The translations under genes and the position numbers were made by a program. A stretch of 64,000 nucleotides of DNA from Candidatus Nomurabacteria bacterium (GTDB lineage: Bacteria; Patescibacteriota; Minisyncoccia; Phycocordibacterales; SBAW01). Shown here in pieces: positions 1 to 9,181 of this stretch; the first letter of the stretch is position 1, and each line of letters starts with the position of its first letter. The notes below the pieces were generated by a model. That model saw only the letters and a program-made list of their open reading frames with translations. It searched no databases and was not told the DNA's origin. The stretch lies in the NCBI GenBank assembly GCA_943356495.1, contig CALRFF010000002.1, positions 12,596-76,595 on the forward strand, written 5' to 3'.

Positions 1-29
1 TACGTGCCATTTATTTGGTCAAATGAAAA

Positions 30-50
30 CCTGCCTTGCCGGCAGGCAGG
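30..50. repeat. Palindromic repeat CCTGCC(T)TGCCGGCAGGCAGG, copy 1
   Basis: Near-identical palindromes at 19431-19450 and 20585-20606. Confidence 0.8.
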
Positions 51-79
51 CGCCCCGAAGGCGTTGCGCACACTCTATC

Positions 80-727
80 TTATAGAGACAAGCCTGTCAA
101 AAGAGTAAAGAGCGTCTGTAGTACGGGCGTAAACACCGGCTGTAAAATAAAGGTAAAGATAAGGATAACGACCAGTATCATCGGCAGCATGCCAATGCGT
201 TGAAAGTTGATAAGGAACGTTTCGTACGAACGCGCAAGACGGTTAGAGACGGCCTCAAACACCCCGCCAAGCACCTTGCTGCCGTCGAGCGGCGGCAGCG
301 GGATAAGGTTAAACAGCGCGAGCAGCATGTTTATATAGACTATCGTCCCAAAGGCCGTTACTAGGTCGGGCCCCAGTACCGCGCCGGCAAAACGGATAGT
401 TAAGCCGAATATAAGCGCAAGTATGATGTTAGTGGCCGGCCCCGCAAACGCCACATAGGACTCGTCATACTTGCCTTTTAGGTTGTAGGGATTGTACGGC
501 ACCGGTTTAGCGTAGCCAAAAAATATCGGCGAGTGCGACAATACCAACAGCAGCGGCAAAACAATGGTGCCCACCGGATCGACGTGCGAAATAGGATTGA
601 GTGTGAGCCTCCCCTGCAGGCGCGCGGTCGGGTCGCCAAGCCAGTTGGCCATGTAGCCGTGCGCCACCTCGTGGAGTATTACCGAGACAAACAATATAAG
701 GAGCGCAAAAATAATATCCGGTTGCAT
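80..727 (-). CDS. Site-2 protease family (peptidase M50) membrane metalloprotease
   Basis: HEVAH zinc motif, AGP..N and FNLIPLPPLDG motifs, hydrophobic helices; start moved to ATG 727 (TATTGT 6 nt upstream). Confidence 0.9.
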   Translation of the reverse strand: MQPDIIFALLILFVSVILHEVAHGYMANWLGDPTARLQGRLTLNPISHVDPVGTIVLPLLLVLSHSPIFFGYAKPVPYNPYNLKGKYDESYVAFAGPATNIILALIFGLTIRFAGAVLGPDLVTAFGTIVYINMLLALFNLIPLPPLDGSKVLGGVFEAVSNRLARSYETFLINFQRIGMLPMILVVILIFTFILQPVFTPVLQTLFTLLTGLSL

Positions 728-757
728 TTCGTGACAATAATGATAGCATAGTGCGGC

Positions 758-1000
758 ATGGCAAAAGTTTGCGACATAACGGGCAAAACTTCCAAAGTAG
801 CCGGCGGCTACTCTAACCGCGTGCGCGCCACCAAGTTTAACCCCACCGGCAAGGTGCGCAAGCAGCCGAACATGCAAAAAAAGCGCATTTTCGTGCCGGA
901 GCTTAACCGCGCGGTCACTATCACCGTTTCAACCCAAGGCCTTAAGACCATCGCCAAAAACGGGGCATACAAGACGCTCAAGAAAGCCGGCCTTATCTAA
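758..1000 (+). CDS. rpmB: 50S ribosomal protein L28
   Basis: MAKVCDITGK...PNMQKKRIFVPEL...VST.GLKTI.K.G pattern, 80 aa basic. Confidence 0.93.
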   Translation: MAKVCDITGKTSKVAGGYSNRVRATKFNPTGKVRKQPNMQKKRIFVPELNRAVTITVSTQGLKTIAKNGAYKTLKKAGLI

Positions 1001-1141
1001 TTTTTTCGAAATAAAAAGACCGCCGCGGCTCTGACTTTAGAAGACATGGGCCCCTCCAAGGCATGCCTTGTTAAGATGGTACGCACGGTTACTAAAACCC
1101 CTTCTGCCGTTACAGTACCACGCAATGTTATACTGGCAACC

Positions 1142-1735
1142 ATGCAATACACAGAGAAAAAGTTTGTAATTCCTACGCTCGACGGTATATCAGCCAAGTC
1201 GGTCGAGGAACATCTCGGACTCTACGGCGGCTATGTCAAAAATTTTAACGCCATCAGCGCGGCCATCGAAGGGTTGCTTAGCGACCCGGACAAAAACGCG
1301 CTTGCCATAGCCGAGTTGCGCCGCCGACATTCCTTTGAGTTTGACGGCATGAAGCTCCACGAGCTGTATTTCCCCCAACTCGAGGGCGGCGCGCAGCCTA
1401 TCGGTGCAGAATCGGCGCTCGCACAAGCACTCACCAAACACTGGGGTGGTGTTGAGTCGGCAGTGGCACGCGTACGACAAACAGCCATGATGCGCGGGCC
1501 GGGCTGGAGCAACTTGTACTACAACCCCGAAAACGGCGCTTTTCATATGAGTTTTGTGGGCGAACAGCACCAAGGGCACTTTGCGACACTCCCTATAGTC
1601 CTTGCGCTCGATGTATGGGAGCATGCGTATCTTTTAGACCACGGCGCGGCGGGCAAAGCCGCCTATGTCGACGCCTTTTTTAAGAATTTAAATTGGTCGG
1701 TAATCGAAGATAGATTCGTACCGCTAACCAAGTAA
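1142..1735 (+). CDS. sod: Fe/Mn superoxide dismutase family protein
   Basis: DVWEHAY motif, LHELYF, FFKNLNW; start at ATG 1142 after TGTTATACT. Confidence 0.9.
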   Translation: MQYTEKKFVIPTLDGISAKSVEEHLGLYGGYVKNFNAISAAIEGLLSDPDKNALAIAELRRRHSFEFDGMKLHELYFPQLEGGAQPIGAESALAQALTKHWGGVESAVARVRQTAMMRGPGWSNLYYNPENGAFHMSFVGEQHQGHFATLPIVLALDVWEHAYLLDHGAAGKAAYVDAFFKNLNWSVIEDRFVPLTK

Positions 1736-3023
1736 GCGGTACATACACAAGCGCCGCTACAACCCAAGGGAACGGCGGTATCGTTATATGCGAAAGCGGC
1801 AGAACGCTTGCCGTCTGCGCCACAAACATAAGCCACCGCAATGCAAGGTCTGAAAGTAATGCGGGGAGAAGCCCGAGAAGCGGGTGTATAAACCCTAACA
1901 GGCCCGCAACAAAACCAAAAAGCATTGCAAACGGGATAAACGGCAACGCGACAAGGTTCGCGGGCAATGCGACGAGAGACAGCACGCCGGTGTAGTACAG
2001 CAGTGCGGGCAAAATGTACATTTGTACCGCAATAGTTGATGCGGCTATTGATTGCAGCTGCGGAAACCCGCCAAGAAACGGGCGGAGCCGCTGCTCGATT
2101 GCGGGCGCAAGCGTAATAAGTCCGAACGTTGCAAGAAAACTGAGTATAAAAGACGGATCATACAGTACGACCAACGGATTAAGAAGTACCAGCACTACCC
2201 CGGCGGCCGCAAGTGCGCGCAAAGCCACTGCCGGCCGCCGCAAATACCGCGCCAGCACGGCAATAAGCGCCATAATGCCCGCACGTAATGACGTGGAGCC
2301 TGCGCCGGTCATCAGCACAAAAAACAGCATTAGCCCGATGCCCAGCATGTACTGCGCGGTGCGCGGCAAAAATCCGGTGGCGCGCAACACCGCCTCGGCA
2401 ACAATAGAAATGTTGTAACCCGATAGCACGACCACGTGTATAAGCGAGGCAATAATAAACGCGGTCGTCAGCTCCTCCGACAGACCGCGCCGCTCGCCGA
2501 GCAAAATCCCCTCAAGTAAATGTGCGTCTTGCGCGGGCAGTATCCGCTCTATCGAGCGTTCAAACGCGTGCTTAGCGCTGTAGAGCAGACCGAACACCGT
2601 AGGATTGCTCTCTATCCGCTCTACCAACACCGCCTTTTGCATCAATGCCGAGACGCCGCGCACCCGCAAGTACCCGGGGTAATCAAAGACGCGTCCCGTG
2701 TCGGTAAGGAATGCCCGGGGCGTCTCAAGCGCACCGCGCAACACCACCGTATCGTTATACGAAACGGCTGTTCCTTTGGGCAACACGGCGAGCAGTGTAC
2801 CGCTGCCCGATACATCATCTACGCCGTGTACCCGTACCATAACGCGTACTGCCGCCTCGCGAACATCGGGATCGGCGCTTACCACGCCCTCAAGCATTAC
2901 GACGCTGCCTATATAACGCGGCAGACTTTGGGCCGCTTCGCTTGAAAATAAAAACTCTACCCGCACTATAAACAGCAGGGCGAAACACAAGACTCCTACT
3001 GCAAGCGCTGGTGCCTTCGGCAT
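1680..3023 (-). CDS. comEC: ComEC/Rec2 competence DNA-uptake channel (OB/DUF4131 + competence domain, no metallo-beta-lactamase domain)
   Basis: FDYPGYL, HVVVLSGYNI, S.LRA.IM, SFILSFLAT, ANLV motifs; many TM helices. Confidence 0.9.
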   Translation of the reverse strand: MPKAPALAVGVLCFALLFIVRVEFLFSSEAAQSLPRYIGSVVMLEGVVSADPDVREAAVRVMVRVHGVDDVSGSGTLLAVLPKGTAVSYNDTVVLRGALETPRAFLTDTGRVFDYPGYLRVRGVSALMQKAVLVERIESNPTVFGLLYSAKHAFERSIERILPAQDAHLLEGILLGERRGLSEELTTAFIIASLIHVVVLSGYNISIVAEAVLRATGFLPRTAQYMLGIGLMLFFVLMTGAGSTSLRAGIMALIAVLARYLRRPAVALRALAAAGVVLVLLNPLVVLYDPSFILSFLATFGLITLAPAIEQRLRPFLGGFPQLQSIAASTIAVQMYILPALLYYTGVLSLVALPANLVALPFIPFAMLFGFVAGLLGFIHPLLGLLPALLSDLALRWLMFVAQTASVLPLSHITIPPFPWVVAALVYVPLTWLAVRIYLRLPTNLNS

Positions 3024-3025
3024 GT

Positions 3026-3736
3026 CTACGATGAAAATGCGGCGATGATCTCGGCCTCTTCGGCCGCGGACAGTGCTTTTTTGTAGCGCGCGGAGCGGCC
3101 GCGCACGCGGGCCTCGCAGTCGGCCCATGTTTTATGTATCTCAACCACACCGTCGACGACACTTATGTATGAAAACGCTTTTGCTTTAGAGCGCGCACTC
3201 GAAGAGGATTTCGATTTTTGTTTTACGTGGTCAAACGACAGATCGGAAATATCTACCCCATAGCCGCTTGCCGGACCGGAGTACAACACTACTTTTTTAC
3301 CTTCCGCAAAGTCCGATGCAATAGTGTCGACGCGCTCGTTGCCCGCAATGCCTACGTGCCCACCTACATAACGCCACTCAATATCGCGCCCGTGCGCGGC
3401 CACGGCCGCGTCGAGCGACTGCCACAAGTCTTGGTTGATAACCGGTTTTTTGTCTTTGGTCTTCCAGTCGTTTTTCTTCCAGCCGTGTATCCACTTGGTA
3501 ATACCGTTAATAACGTACGAAGAGTCAGTATGGATAATTGTTTGTCCGCCCACGCCCACATGCCGCTCGCGCAGCGCTTCTATTGCAGCGCGCAACTCCA
3601 TACGATTGTTGGTAGTTAATTTTTCGTAGCCGCCAAGCTCGGTCACCTGCTCGCGGGCGAGCACAATAGCGCCCCACCCGCCCGGGCCGGGGTTGCCTTT
3701 GCTCGCGCCGTCGCAAAAAATCAAAATAGTTTCCAT
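3026..3736 (-). CDS. rnhA: Ribonuclease HI with C-terminal hybrid-binding (viroplasmin-like) domain
   Basis: DGASKGNPGPGGWG, TTNNRMEL, TDSSYV, GHVG..GNERVD; C-terminal TWADCEARV.G..ARYKK. Confidence 0.92.
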   Translation of the reverse strand: METILIFCDGASKGNPGPGGWGAIVLAREQVTELGGYEKLTTNNRMELRAAIEALRERHVGVGGQTIIHTDSSYVINGITKWIHGWKKNDWKTKDKKPVINQDLWQSLDAAVAAHGRDIEWRYVGGHVGIAGNERVDTIASDFAEGKKVVLYSGPASGYGVDISDLSFDHVKQKSKSSSSARSKAKAFSYISVVDGVVEIHKTWADCEARVRGRSARYKKALSAAEEAEIIAAFSS

Positions 3737-3738
3737 AC

Positions 3739-5403
3739 TTACAATATATCAACGACACGGATACGGCTCCCGCCGCGCCAGCCGGCCTCGACGTGCCCTA
3801 CCACATCAACTTTCTCCCCCGCTACCGCTTTTTTGGTAAACGACTCGGGTGTAGCAAAAAAAGACATTGCCTCTATAGCCGCACTGCCTTGCCCGAGCGT
3901 AAGCCCTAAATGATTATGTGTCTTACCAAAGGCGCGCACCGTAGTGATAGACACTGCAGGAAATATAAATAACGGCTTAGTGTTGCCCACGCCAAACGGC
4001 GCCAGTTGTTTTATGTTGTTGTACGCGCGGAACACTTCGGCAAGCTCGAGCTCGCGGTCAAGCAGTATCTCCTCGACGACGGCATTTTGGTTACGCACGC
4101 TTTCGTACGCGGCACTAAGTTTGGGGCCCAACTCATGCACCCGCTCTTCGAGCACCGAGAATCCTCCCGAGGCCGAATGTCCGCCGAAGTGGTCAAACAC
4201 TTCGCGTGCGGCGCCCATTAACTCCACCATATTGACCGAGCCATCGCTGCGGCAGCTGCCGCGCAGCTCCTCACCGCCCTGCCGGCCCCACAAAAATACC
4301 GGCTTTGCGTGCGCCTCGACCAATGTGTTGGCCACTAAACCTAAAATACCGGGGCGCCAGTTGGGGTTGCCCATGACTATAATGGGGCTTTTGGTCAAAT
4401 CGCTTTCCGACACACGCTTGTTGACCTCTTTAACCGTAGCGGCGACCAAGCCTTTGCGTTCGTCGTTAATGTGATTAAGGGCTATGGCGCGCTCCATTGC
4501 TTCTTCCTCGGTTGTCGCGGCAAGCAGCTCGGCGGCGGTTTGCGGCCGCTCCATGCGCGAAGCCGCGTTGATGCGAGGACTGAGCATAAACGTAATATCA
4601 TCCTCGGTAAGCGACGCGGTATGTATTTTTAGTAGCTTAAGCATTGCGGCGATGCCGGGGCGGCGGCCGCGGCGCATGACACGCAGCCCCGAGTGTGCGA
4701 GCATCCGGTTTTCCCCCACCAACGGCACCATGTCGCTCAGTGTCGCAATGCCCACCAAATCGAGCAGCCACTTTTCTTGCCCTTCGCCAAAGCCCGCGGG
4801 TCGCTCTTTGACGAGCAGCGCTTGCACCAACTTCCACGCGACGCCCGCGCCGCACAAACCGTCAAACGGATATTTGCTGTCGGGGCGCTTGGGGTTGATA
4901 AGCGCAAACGCTTCAGGCACGTGCTCGAGCGACGGAACCAGGTGGTGGTCGGTTACTATCGTGTCGATTCCTTTTTTGTTGGCGTGGGCAATTTGTGCGA
5001 CGTCGGTCGTGCCGAGATCGAGCGTAATCATTACTTTGACTCCCGCCGCGGCAAGTTCGTCTATGCCTTCGGTGTTCAACCCGTACCCTTCGGTGTGGCG
5101 ATGCGGTATGTAGTGTGTGACACTAAGCCCCATCGTGCGCAGAAACTCCACCAACATAACGCCGCCCGGTATCCCGTCGCAGTCGTAGTCGCTCCACACC
5201 GCCACCTTCTCGTTATTTTTTTTCGCCGAAAGAATCCGCTCTACCGCCTTGTGCATGTCAGGCAGTAAAAACGGGTCATGGCTGTCGCGGATAAAGTCGG
5301 GAGTAAGAAACTGCTCGTGCAAAAGAGGCTCAACGCCGCGGGAAAGAAGTAGATGTGCCACAAGGTCGTTATGCAGGGAATCGCGTACCTTGTAGGACCT
5401 CAT
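3739..5403 (-). CDS. recJ: Single-stranded-DNA-specific exonuclease RecJ
   Basis: DYDCDG, TDHH, PRINAASR, GSCRS, GGH motifs; LAPFGVGN. Confidence 0.95.
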   Translation of the reverse strand: MRSYKVRDSLHNDLVAHLLLSRGVEPLLHEQFLTPDFIRDSHDPFLLPDMHKAVERILSAKKNNEKVAVWSDYDCDGIPGGVMLVEFLRTMGLSVTHYIPHRHTEGYGLNTEGIDELAAAGVKVMITLDLGTTDVAQIAHANKKGIDTIVTDHHLVPSLEHVPEAFALINPKRPDSKYPFDGLCGAGVAWKLVQALLVKERPAGFGEGQEKWLLDLVGIATLSDMVPLVGENRMLAHSGLRVMRRGRRPGIAAMLKLLKIHTASLTEDDITFMLSPRINAASRMERPQTAAELLAATTEEEAMERAIALNHINDERKGLVAATVKEVNKRVSESDLTKSPIIVMGNPNWRPGILGLVANTLVEAHAKPVFLWGRQGGEELRGSCRSDGSVNMVELMGAAREVFDHFGGHSASGGFSVLEERVHELGPKLSAAYESVRNQNAVVEEILLDRELELAEVFRAYNNIKQLAPFGVGNTKPLFIFPAVSITTVRAFGKTHNHLGLTLGQGSAAIEAMSFFATPESFTKKAVAGEKVDVVGHVEAGWRGGSRIRVVDIL

Positions 5404-5410
5404 TTCAAAA

Positions 5411-5420
5411 AGTATATACT
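5411..5420. promoter_or_regulatory. Palindromic bidirectional -10 element AGTATATACT (recJ / HIT)
   Basis: TATACT on both strands, 7 and 6 nt from the divergent ATGs in a 23-bp gap. Confidence 0.75.
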
Positions 5421-5426
5421 GGAAGT

Positions 5427-5735
5427 ATGGAAAACTGCATTTTTTGTAAGATAGTGCGCGGTGAGATACCCACACACTTTACGTATGAAAACGAGTATGT
5501 GGTCGCCTTCCCCGATATACACCCCAAAGCGCCGGGGCATACGCTCGTAATCCCTAAGGAGCATCATCAATGGTTTTACGAAGTGCCTAAAGAGACCGCG
5601 GACGAGTGGTTTGGTGCGGCACAGATGCTCGGACTCAAATTAAAAGAGGAAACGGGAGCCGATTATTTGCAACTTTCCATCATCGGCAAAGACGTGCCCC
5701 ACGCGCACATCCACCTTATACCGCAGAAGCTCTAA
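5427..5735 (+). CDS. HIT family nucleotide hydrolase
   Basis: CIFCKIV N-terminus, P.APGHTLVIPK, HAHIHLIP histidine triad. Confidence 0.93.
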   Translation: MENCIFCKIVRGEIPTHFTYENEYVVAFPDIHPKAPGHTLVIPKEHHQWFYEVPKETADEWFGAAQMLGLKLKEETGADYLQLSIIGKDVPHAHIHLIPQKL

Positions 5736-6807
5736 GAGCCTCTATACCCGGCAGGGTGCCGTCGGCCAAAAATTGCAGCATTGCGCCGCCGCCGGTAGAA
5801 ACAAAAACTTTCTGCGGGTCAAATTTGTATTTTTCTACCGCCGCGGCGGTGTCTCCTCCGCCCACAACCGCCGTACCGGTGCTCTGTGTAAGTGCTCGTG
5901 CAAGCGCCTCGGTGCCCTCGGCATAGCCCTGCTCGTACATACCCAACGGGCCGTTCCACAACACAAACGGCGCTGTAGAAATTTTGCCGCTCCACAATGC
6001 GGCGGTTTGCGGACCGATATCTATCAGACTTTCGTTCTTGCGGATGTCTACCACGCTGCCCGAGCGCTCGGCGTTGCTGCCTATTTCGGCAAACACGGCG
6101 TCGGTCGGTACTACCAAACGCTCGTCAGCCGCTATTGCGGGCGGAACCGGTGTTGCCGACACCAGCGAACCGCCAAACGGGAGCCCGCGCGCTTTGATAA
6201 CATCGTTGGCAAGTGCGCCGCCAAGTAGCACTTCGGCATAGAGTGAAAGTAATTTCTGTATCAACGGCACCTTTGTTTCAAACTTTGCACCGCCTATAAC
6301 CGCTACCGAGCCTGCGGGCGGCGTAAGTGCGGCGGTCAGTTTAGTCACCTCTTCCATAAAACGCAGGCCCGCGTAGCTTGGGAGCAGCTTCGGTACGCCG
6401 GCAATCGAGGCGTGTGCGCGATGTGAGTCCGCAAACGCTTCGTTTACATACACATCGCCGAGGCTTGCCAGCTCTTGTGCAAGCCCCAGGTCGTTGGCCT
6501 CCTCGCGCGGGTCGAAGCGCAGGTTCTCGCGCATCTCAAACGGTACCGTGGTCAGTTCGCGGAGACGGGCCTCGACCGGCGCAAGACGCAAAGACTCAAC
6601 CACCTTGCCTTCGGGTCTTCCTAAACTTGTAAGAATGATTACGGTTGCGGCGCCCGCGGCATGGAGATAGTCGAGTGTAGGCAACACCGTGCGTATGCGC
6701 AGGTCGTTGGCCACTGCGCCGTCCTTAAGAGGCACATTAAAGTCCACGCGCACGAGCACGCGCTTGCCTGCAACCTCCGCCTCGGTAACACTTTTTATTT
6801 TTTGCAT
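5716..6807 (-). CDS. pgk: Phosphoglycerate kinase (shortened, 363 aa)
   Basis: RVDFNVPL, ENLRF, HRAHAS, WNGPLG, GGGDT, STGGGA. Confidence 0.95.
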   Translation of the reverse strand: MQKIKSVTEAEVAGKRVLVRVDFNVPLKDGAVANDLRIRTVLPTLDYLHAAGAATVIILTSLGRPEGKVVESLRLAPVEARLRELTTVPFEMRENLRFDPREEANDLGLAQELASLGDVYVNEAFADSHRAHASIAGVPKLLPSYAGLRFMEEVTKLTAALTPPAGSVAVIGGAKFETKVPLIQKLLSLYAEVLLGGALANDVIKARGLPFGGSLVSATPVPPAIAADERLVVPTDAVFAEIGSNAERSGSVVDIRKNESLIDIGPQTAALWSGKISTAPFVLWNGPLGMYEQGYAEGTEALARALTQSTGTAVVGGGDTAAAVEKYKFDPQKVFVSTGGGAMLQFLADGTLPGIEALRASAV

Positions 6808-7553
6808 GCGGAAATAATTTCAACAAAGGAAGTAACATCGGCACTCGCGTGGCCTACAAGCAGGCCCGCGATGTCGCCCTCGGCGATAAGTGCGGCGGCG
6901 TTTGCAGGCTCCACCGAGCCGCCGTAGAGCACCGGCACCTTAAGCGCCGATTTACGGTCAAGCACGTCGGCCAATGTTTTGCGTATAAAAATCGCCATCT
7001 CGCGGACCTCGGCGGACGTTAGCGCGGAGTCTGCGTGCTTGCCTATCGCCCACACCGGTTCGTAGGCAACTACGAGCTTGCCGGCGAGCGACTGTGCGCC
7101 GGAGAGAGCTGACCGTATTTGTTCGGCGATAAAAGAAAAATGCCCTCCGTCTTCGGTGCGCTCCAACTCGCCGACACACAAGACCGGCACCAGCCCTGCC
7201 GATGCGGCAGCCACCAACTGGCCGTGCACCGCGACATTGTCCTCGCCTAGGGCGCGGCGCTCGGAGTGCCCGACAAGGGCAAACGTGCCTCCTGCGGTTT
7301 TAACCATGGCGCCGGACACCCCGCCGGTCTGCGCGCCGGAGAGCCCCGAAACTGTTTGAGCGCCCACACGCACCGCAGAACTTTCTAACATTGCCGACAC
7401 AACCGGAATAAAAGGTGCGGGAACGGCAAGTGCTACTTCGACACCGCTTATGCCGCGCACTTTACGCTTAAGCACACGGGCAAAGTCCTTGGCGGACTCG
7501 GCGCTCTCTATATACATCTTCCAGTTACCAATGACGAGACGTTTGCGGGTCAC
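6795..7553 (-). CDS. tpiA: Triosephosphate isomerase
   Basis: GNWKM, GHSERR, AYEPVWAIG, LYGGSV. Confidence 0.96.
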   Translation of the reverse strand: MTRKRLVIGNWKMYIESAESAKDFARVLKRKVRGISGVEVALAVPAPFIPVVSAMLESSAVRVGAQTVSGLSGAQTGGVSGAMVKTAGGTFALVGHSERRALGEDNVAVHGQLVAAASAGLVPVLCVGELERTEDGGHFSFIAEQIRSALSGAQSLAGKLVVAYEPVWAIGKHADSALTSAEVREMAIFIRKTLADVLDRKSALKVPVLYGGSVEPANAAALIAEGDIAGLLVGHASADVTSFVEIISACKK

Positions 7554-7568
7554 AGGGCAAATATACCA

Positions 7569-9044
7569 CTATTCGTTCCCTTCCTTTTCTTGAGCAAAAC
7601 GGAGCACTTCGGCTACGCTTGTTTGGCCGGCAGCGGCCTTATAGAGCGCGTCTTCGTACAGGTTAAGCAGAGGTTCGCCGCCCACCACCACTTCAAACAG
7701 GCCTACATGACCTTGATACCCACCGTCGCACTCGCTGCAACCGGTAACCGCCGGGTATCCGACCTCTTTCCAGATACGCTCTTTGTCTATAGCATCAGCT
7801 TCCTTAAGCGCGGCAAGCACTTTTGCAAAATCAGCATGCGGCTCGAGCGGCTCGAGGTGCCGGCGCTCAAGTGTGCGGGTAGCGCGGGTTTGTTTTTGAC
7901 ACAGTTTGCGCACCAGCCCCGTGCGTACGAGCACATCGGGCGCGGGGAAAAGCCGCTCATCGGCGACACCGGCAAGCACGAGTATGCCGCGCTTGCCTGC
8001 GGCAGCGGCAAGATCGGCGGTCGCTTGATCGGCAACGGCGTCGAGCATGACCACATCGGGGTCTTGGCGCAACACCGCGCGCAGCGCGCCGGCCATACTT
8101 AGACCCCCCGCGGGGTCGGCCTGAGTTTGTGCTACATACGGTAAACGGCTTGCTACTTTTTTTTCAACACTGGCGAGGGAAAGCTCGGGGGTATTGAGCA
8201 GGTCGAGCATCGTATACAACAGCGTAGTGCGGCCCGAACCTTGCGGGCCGGAGACCACCACCAATCCTTTACGGTCGTGTAATGCCGCACGTAAAGCCGT
8301 AGCGCCCGCACCGTGCAGACCCAAGCCTTCGAGCGTAAAGCCTTTGCTGGTCGAGTCTTCGCGCAACAACCTAAGTATCAATTTTTCGCCGCCCACTACC
8401 GGTACGGAAGAAACCCGTACCGACACCCCGACACCGAAGCCTAAGTCGGCTTTAAAACGGCCTTCTTGCGGCAAGGTTTTAGAACCGATGTTCGCAAGCG
8501 AGCGCACTGCGCCGATAACGCCGGCACCGGCGGCAGGGAGCTGCATTGCCTCGCGCAACTGTTTGCCGAGCCGATAGCGCACCAAGACGCCGCGGCCCGT
8601 AGTGTCTATATGGACTTCGCTCGCCTGTTGGGCCATCGCGTGGCGCAGCAACGTTTCGAGCATGGTGCGCGGATTAGACGACTGTGTTAACACGGCGCCG
8701 TACTTTTCCTTAAGGGTTTTTTGGTACAGCAGCAGCGCGCGGCGCAAAGAATCGGCGGTGGTAAGCCGCGGGACTACTCTTTTGCGCAGCTGCTGGCGCA
8801 AAGGCTCGAGCACCCCTAGGTCTTGTAGGTTAAGCAGTGCCACTTCGAGCGTGTCACCCTCTGTTTTATAGGCAACCAGCTGGTGAGCACGGCAGAGCGG
8901 CTCGGGCAGCATCTGTAAAGCCTCTACCGATATGTCGTCGCGCTCTAAGGTGACAAACGGTACCCCGAGCTCGTGGGCAAGCGCGTGCCGGCGCTCATCC
9001 TCGCTCAACAGTTCATTTTGTAGCCACCCTATAGAACGTTCCAT
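7569..9044 (-). CDS. GspE/PilB-family secretion ATPase paralogue with degenerate catalytic motifs
   Basis: MshEN-like N-terminus, LPQEGRF, GPQGSGRTT, LRQDPDVV, CSEC..GYQG; Walker B Glu and His box not conserved. Confidence 0.8.
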   Translation of the reverse strand: MERSIGWLQNELLSEDERRHALAHELGVPFVTLERDDISVEALQMLPEPLCRAHQLVAYKTEGDTLEVALLNLQDLGVLEPLRQQLRKRVVPRLTTADSLRRALLLYQKTLKEKYGAVLTQSSNPRTMLETLLRHAMAQQASEVHIDTTGRGVLVRYRLGKQLREAMQLPAAGAGVIGAVRSLANIGSKTLPQEGRFKADLGFGVGVSVRVSSVPVVGGEKLILRLLREDSTSKGFTLEGLGLHGAGATALRAALHDRKGLVVVSGPQGSGRTTLLYTMLDLLNTPELSLASVEKKVASRLPYVAQTQADPAGGLSMAGALRAVLRQDPDVVMLDAVADQATADLAAAAGKRGILVLAGVADERLFPAPDVLVRTGLVRKLCQKQTRATRTLERRHLEPLEPHADFAKVLAALKEADAIDKERIWKEVGYPAVTGCSECDGGYQGHVGLFEVVVGGEPLLNLYEDALYKAAAGQTSVAEVLRFAQEKEGNE

Positions 9045-9181
9045 TGACACTATTATATAGTATGAAGTAGACTATAGAAGTCTGGAAACTGCCCTGAGGG
9101 GGCGGTTATTTTTTTACCGGATTTAAGGGAACACTTATGTCCCTTAACGGGATGAGAAAAATTAAATAACAAAATTAATAT

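Noticed and set aside
1680-1735. 56-bp convergent overlap of sod and comEC
   Set aside because: Short 3' overlaps are common in this compact genome (also HIT/pgk, protease/methyltransferase); no special signal seen.
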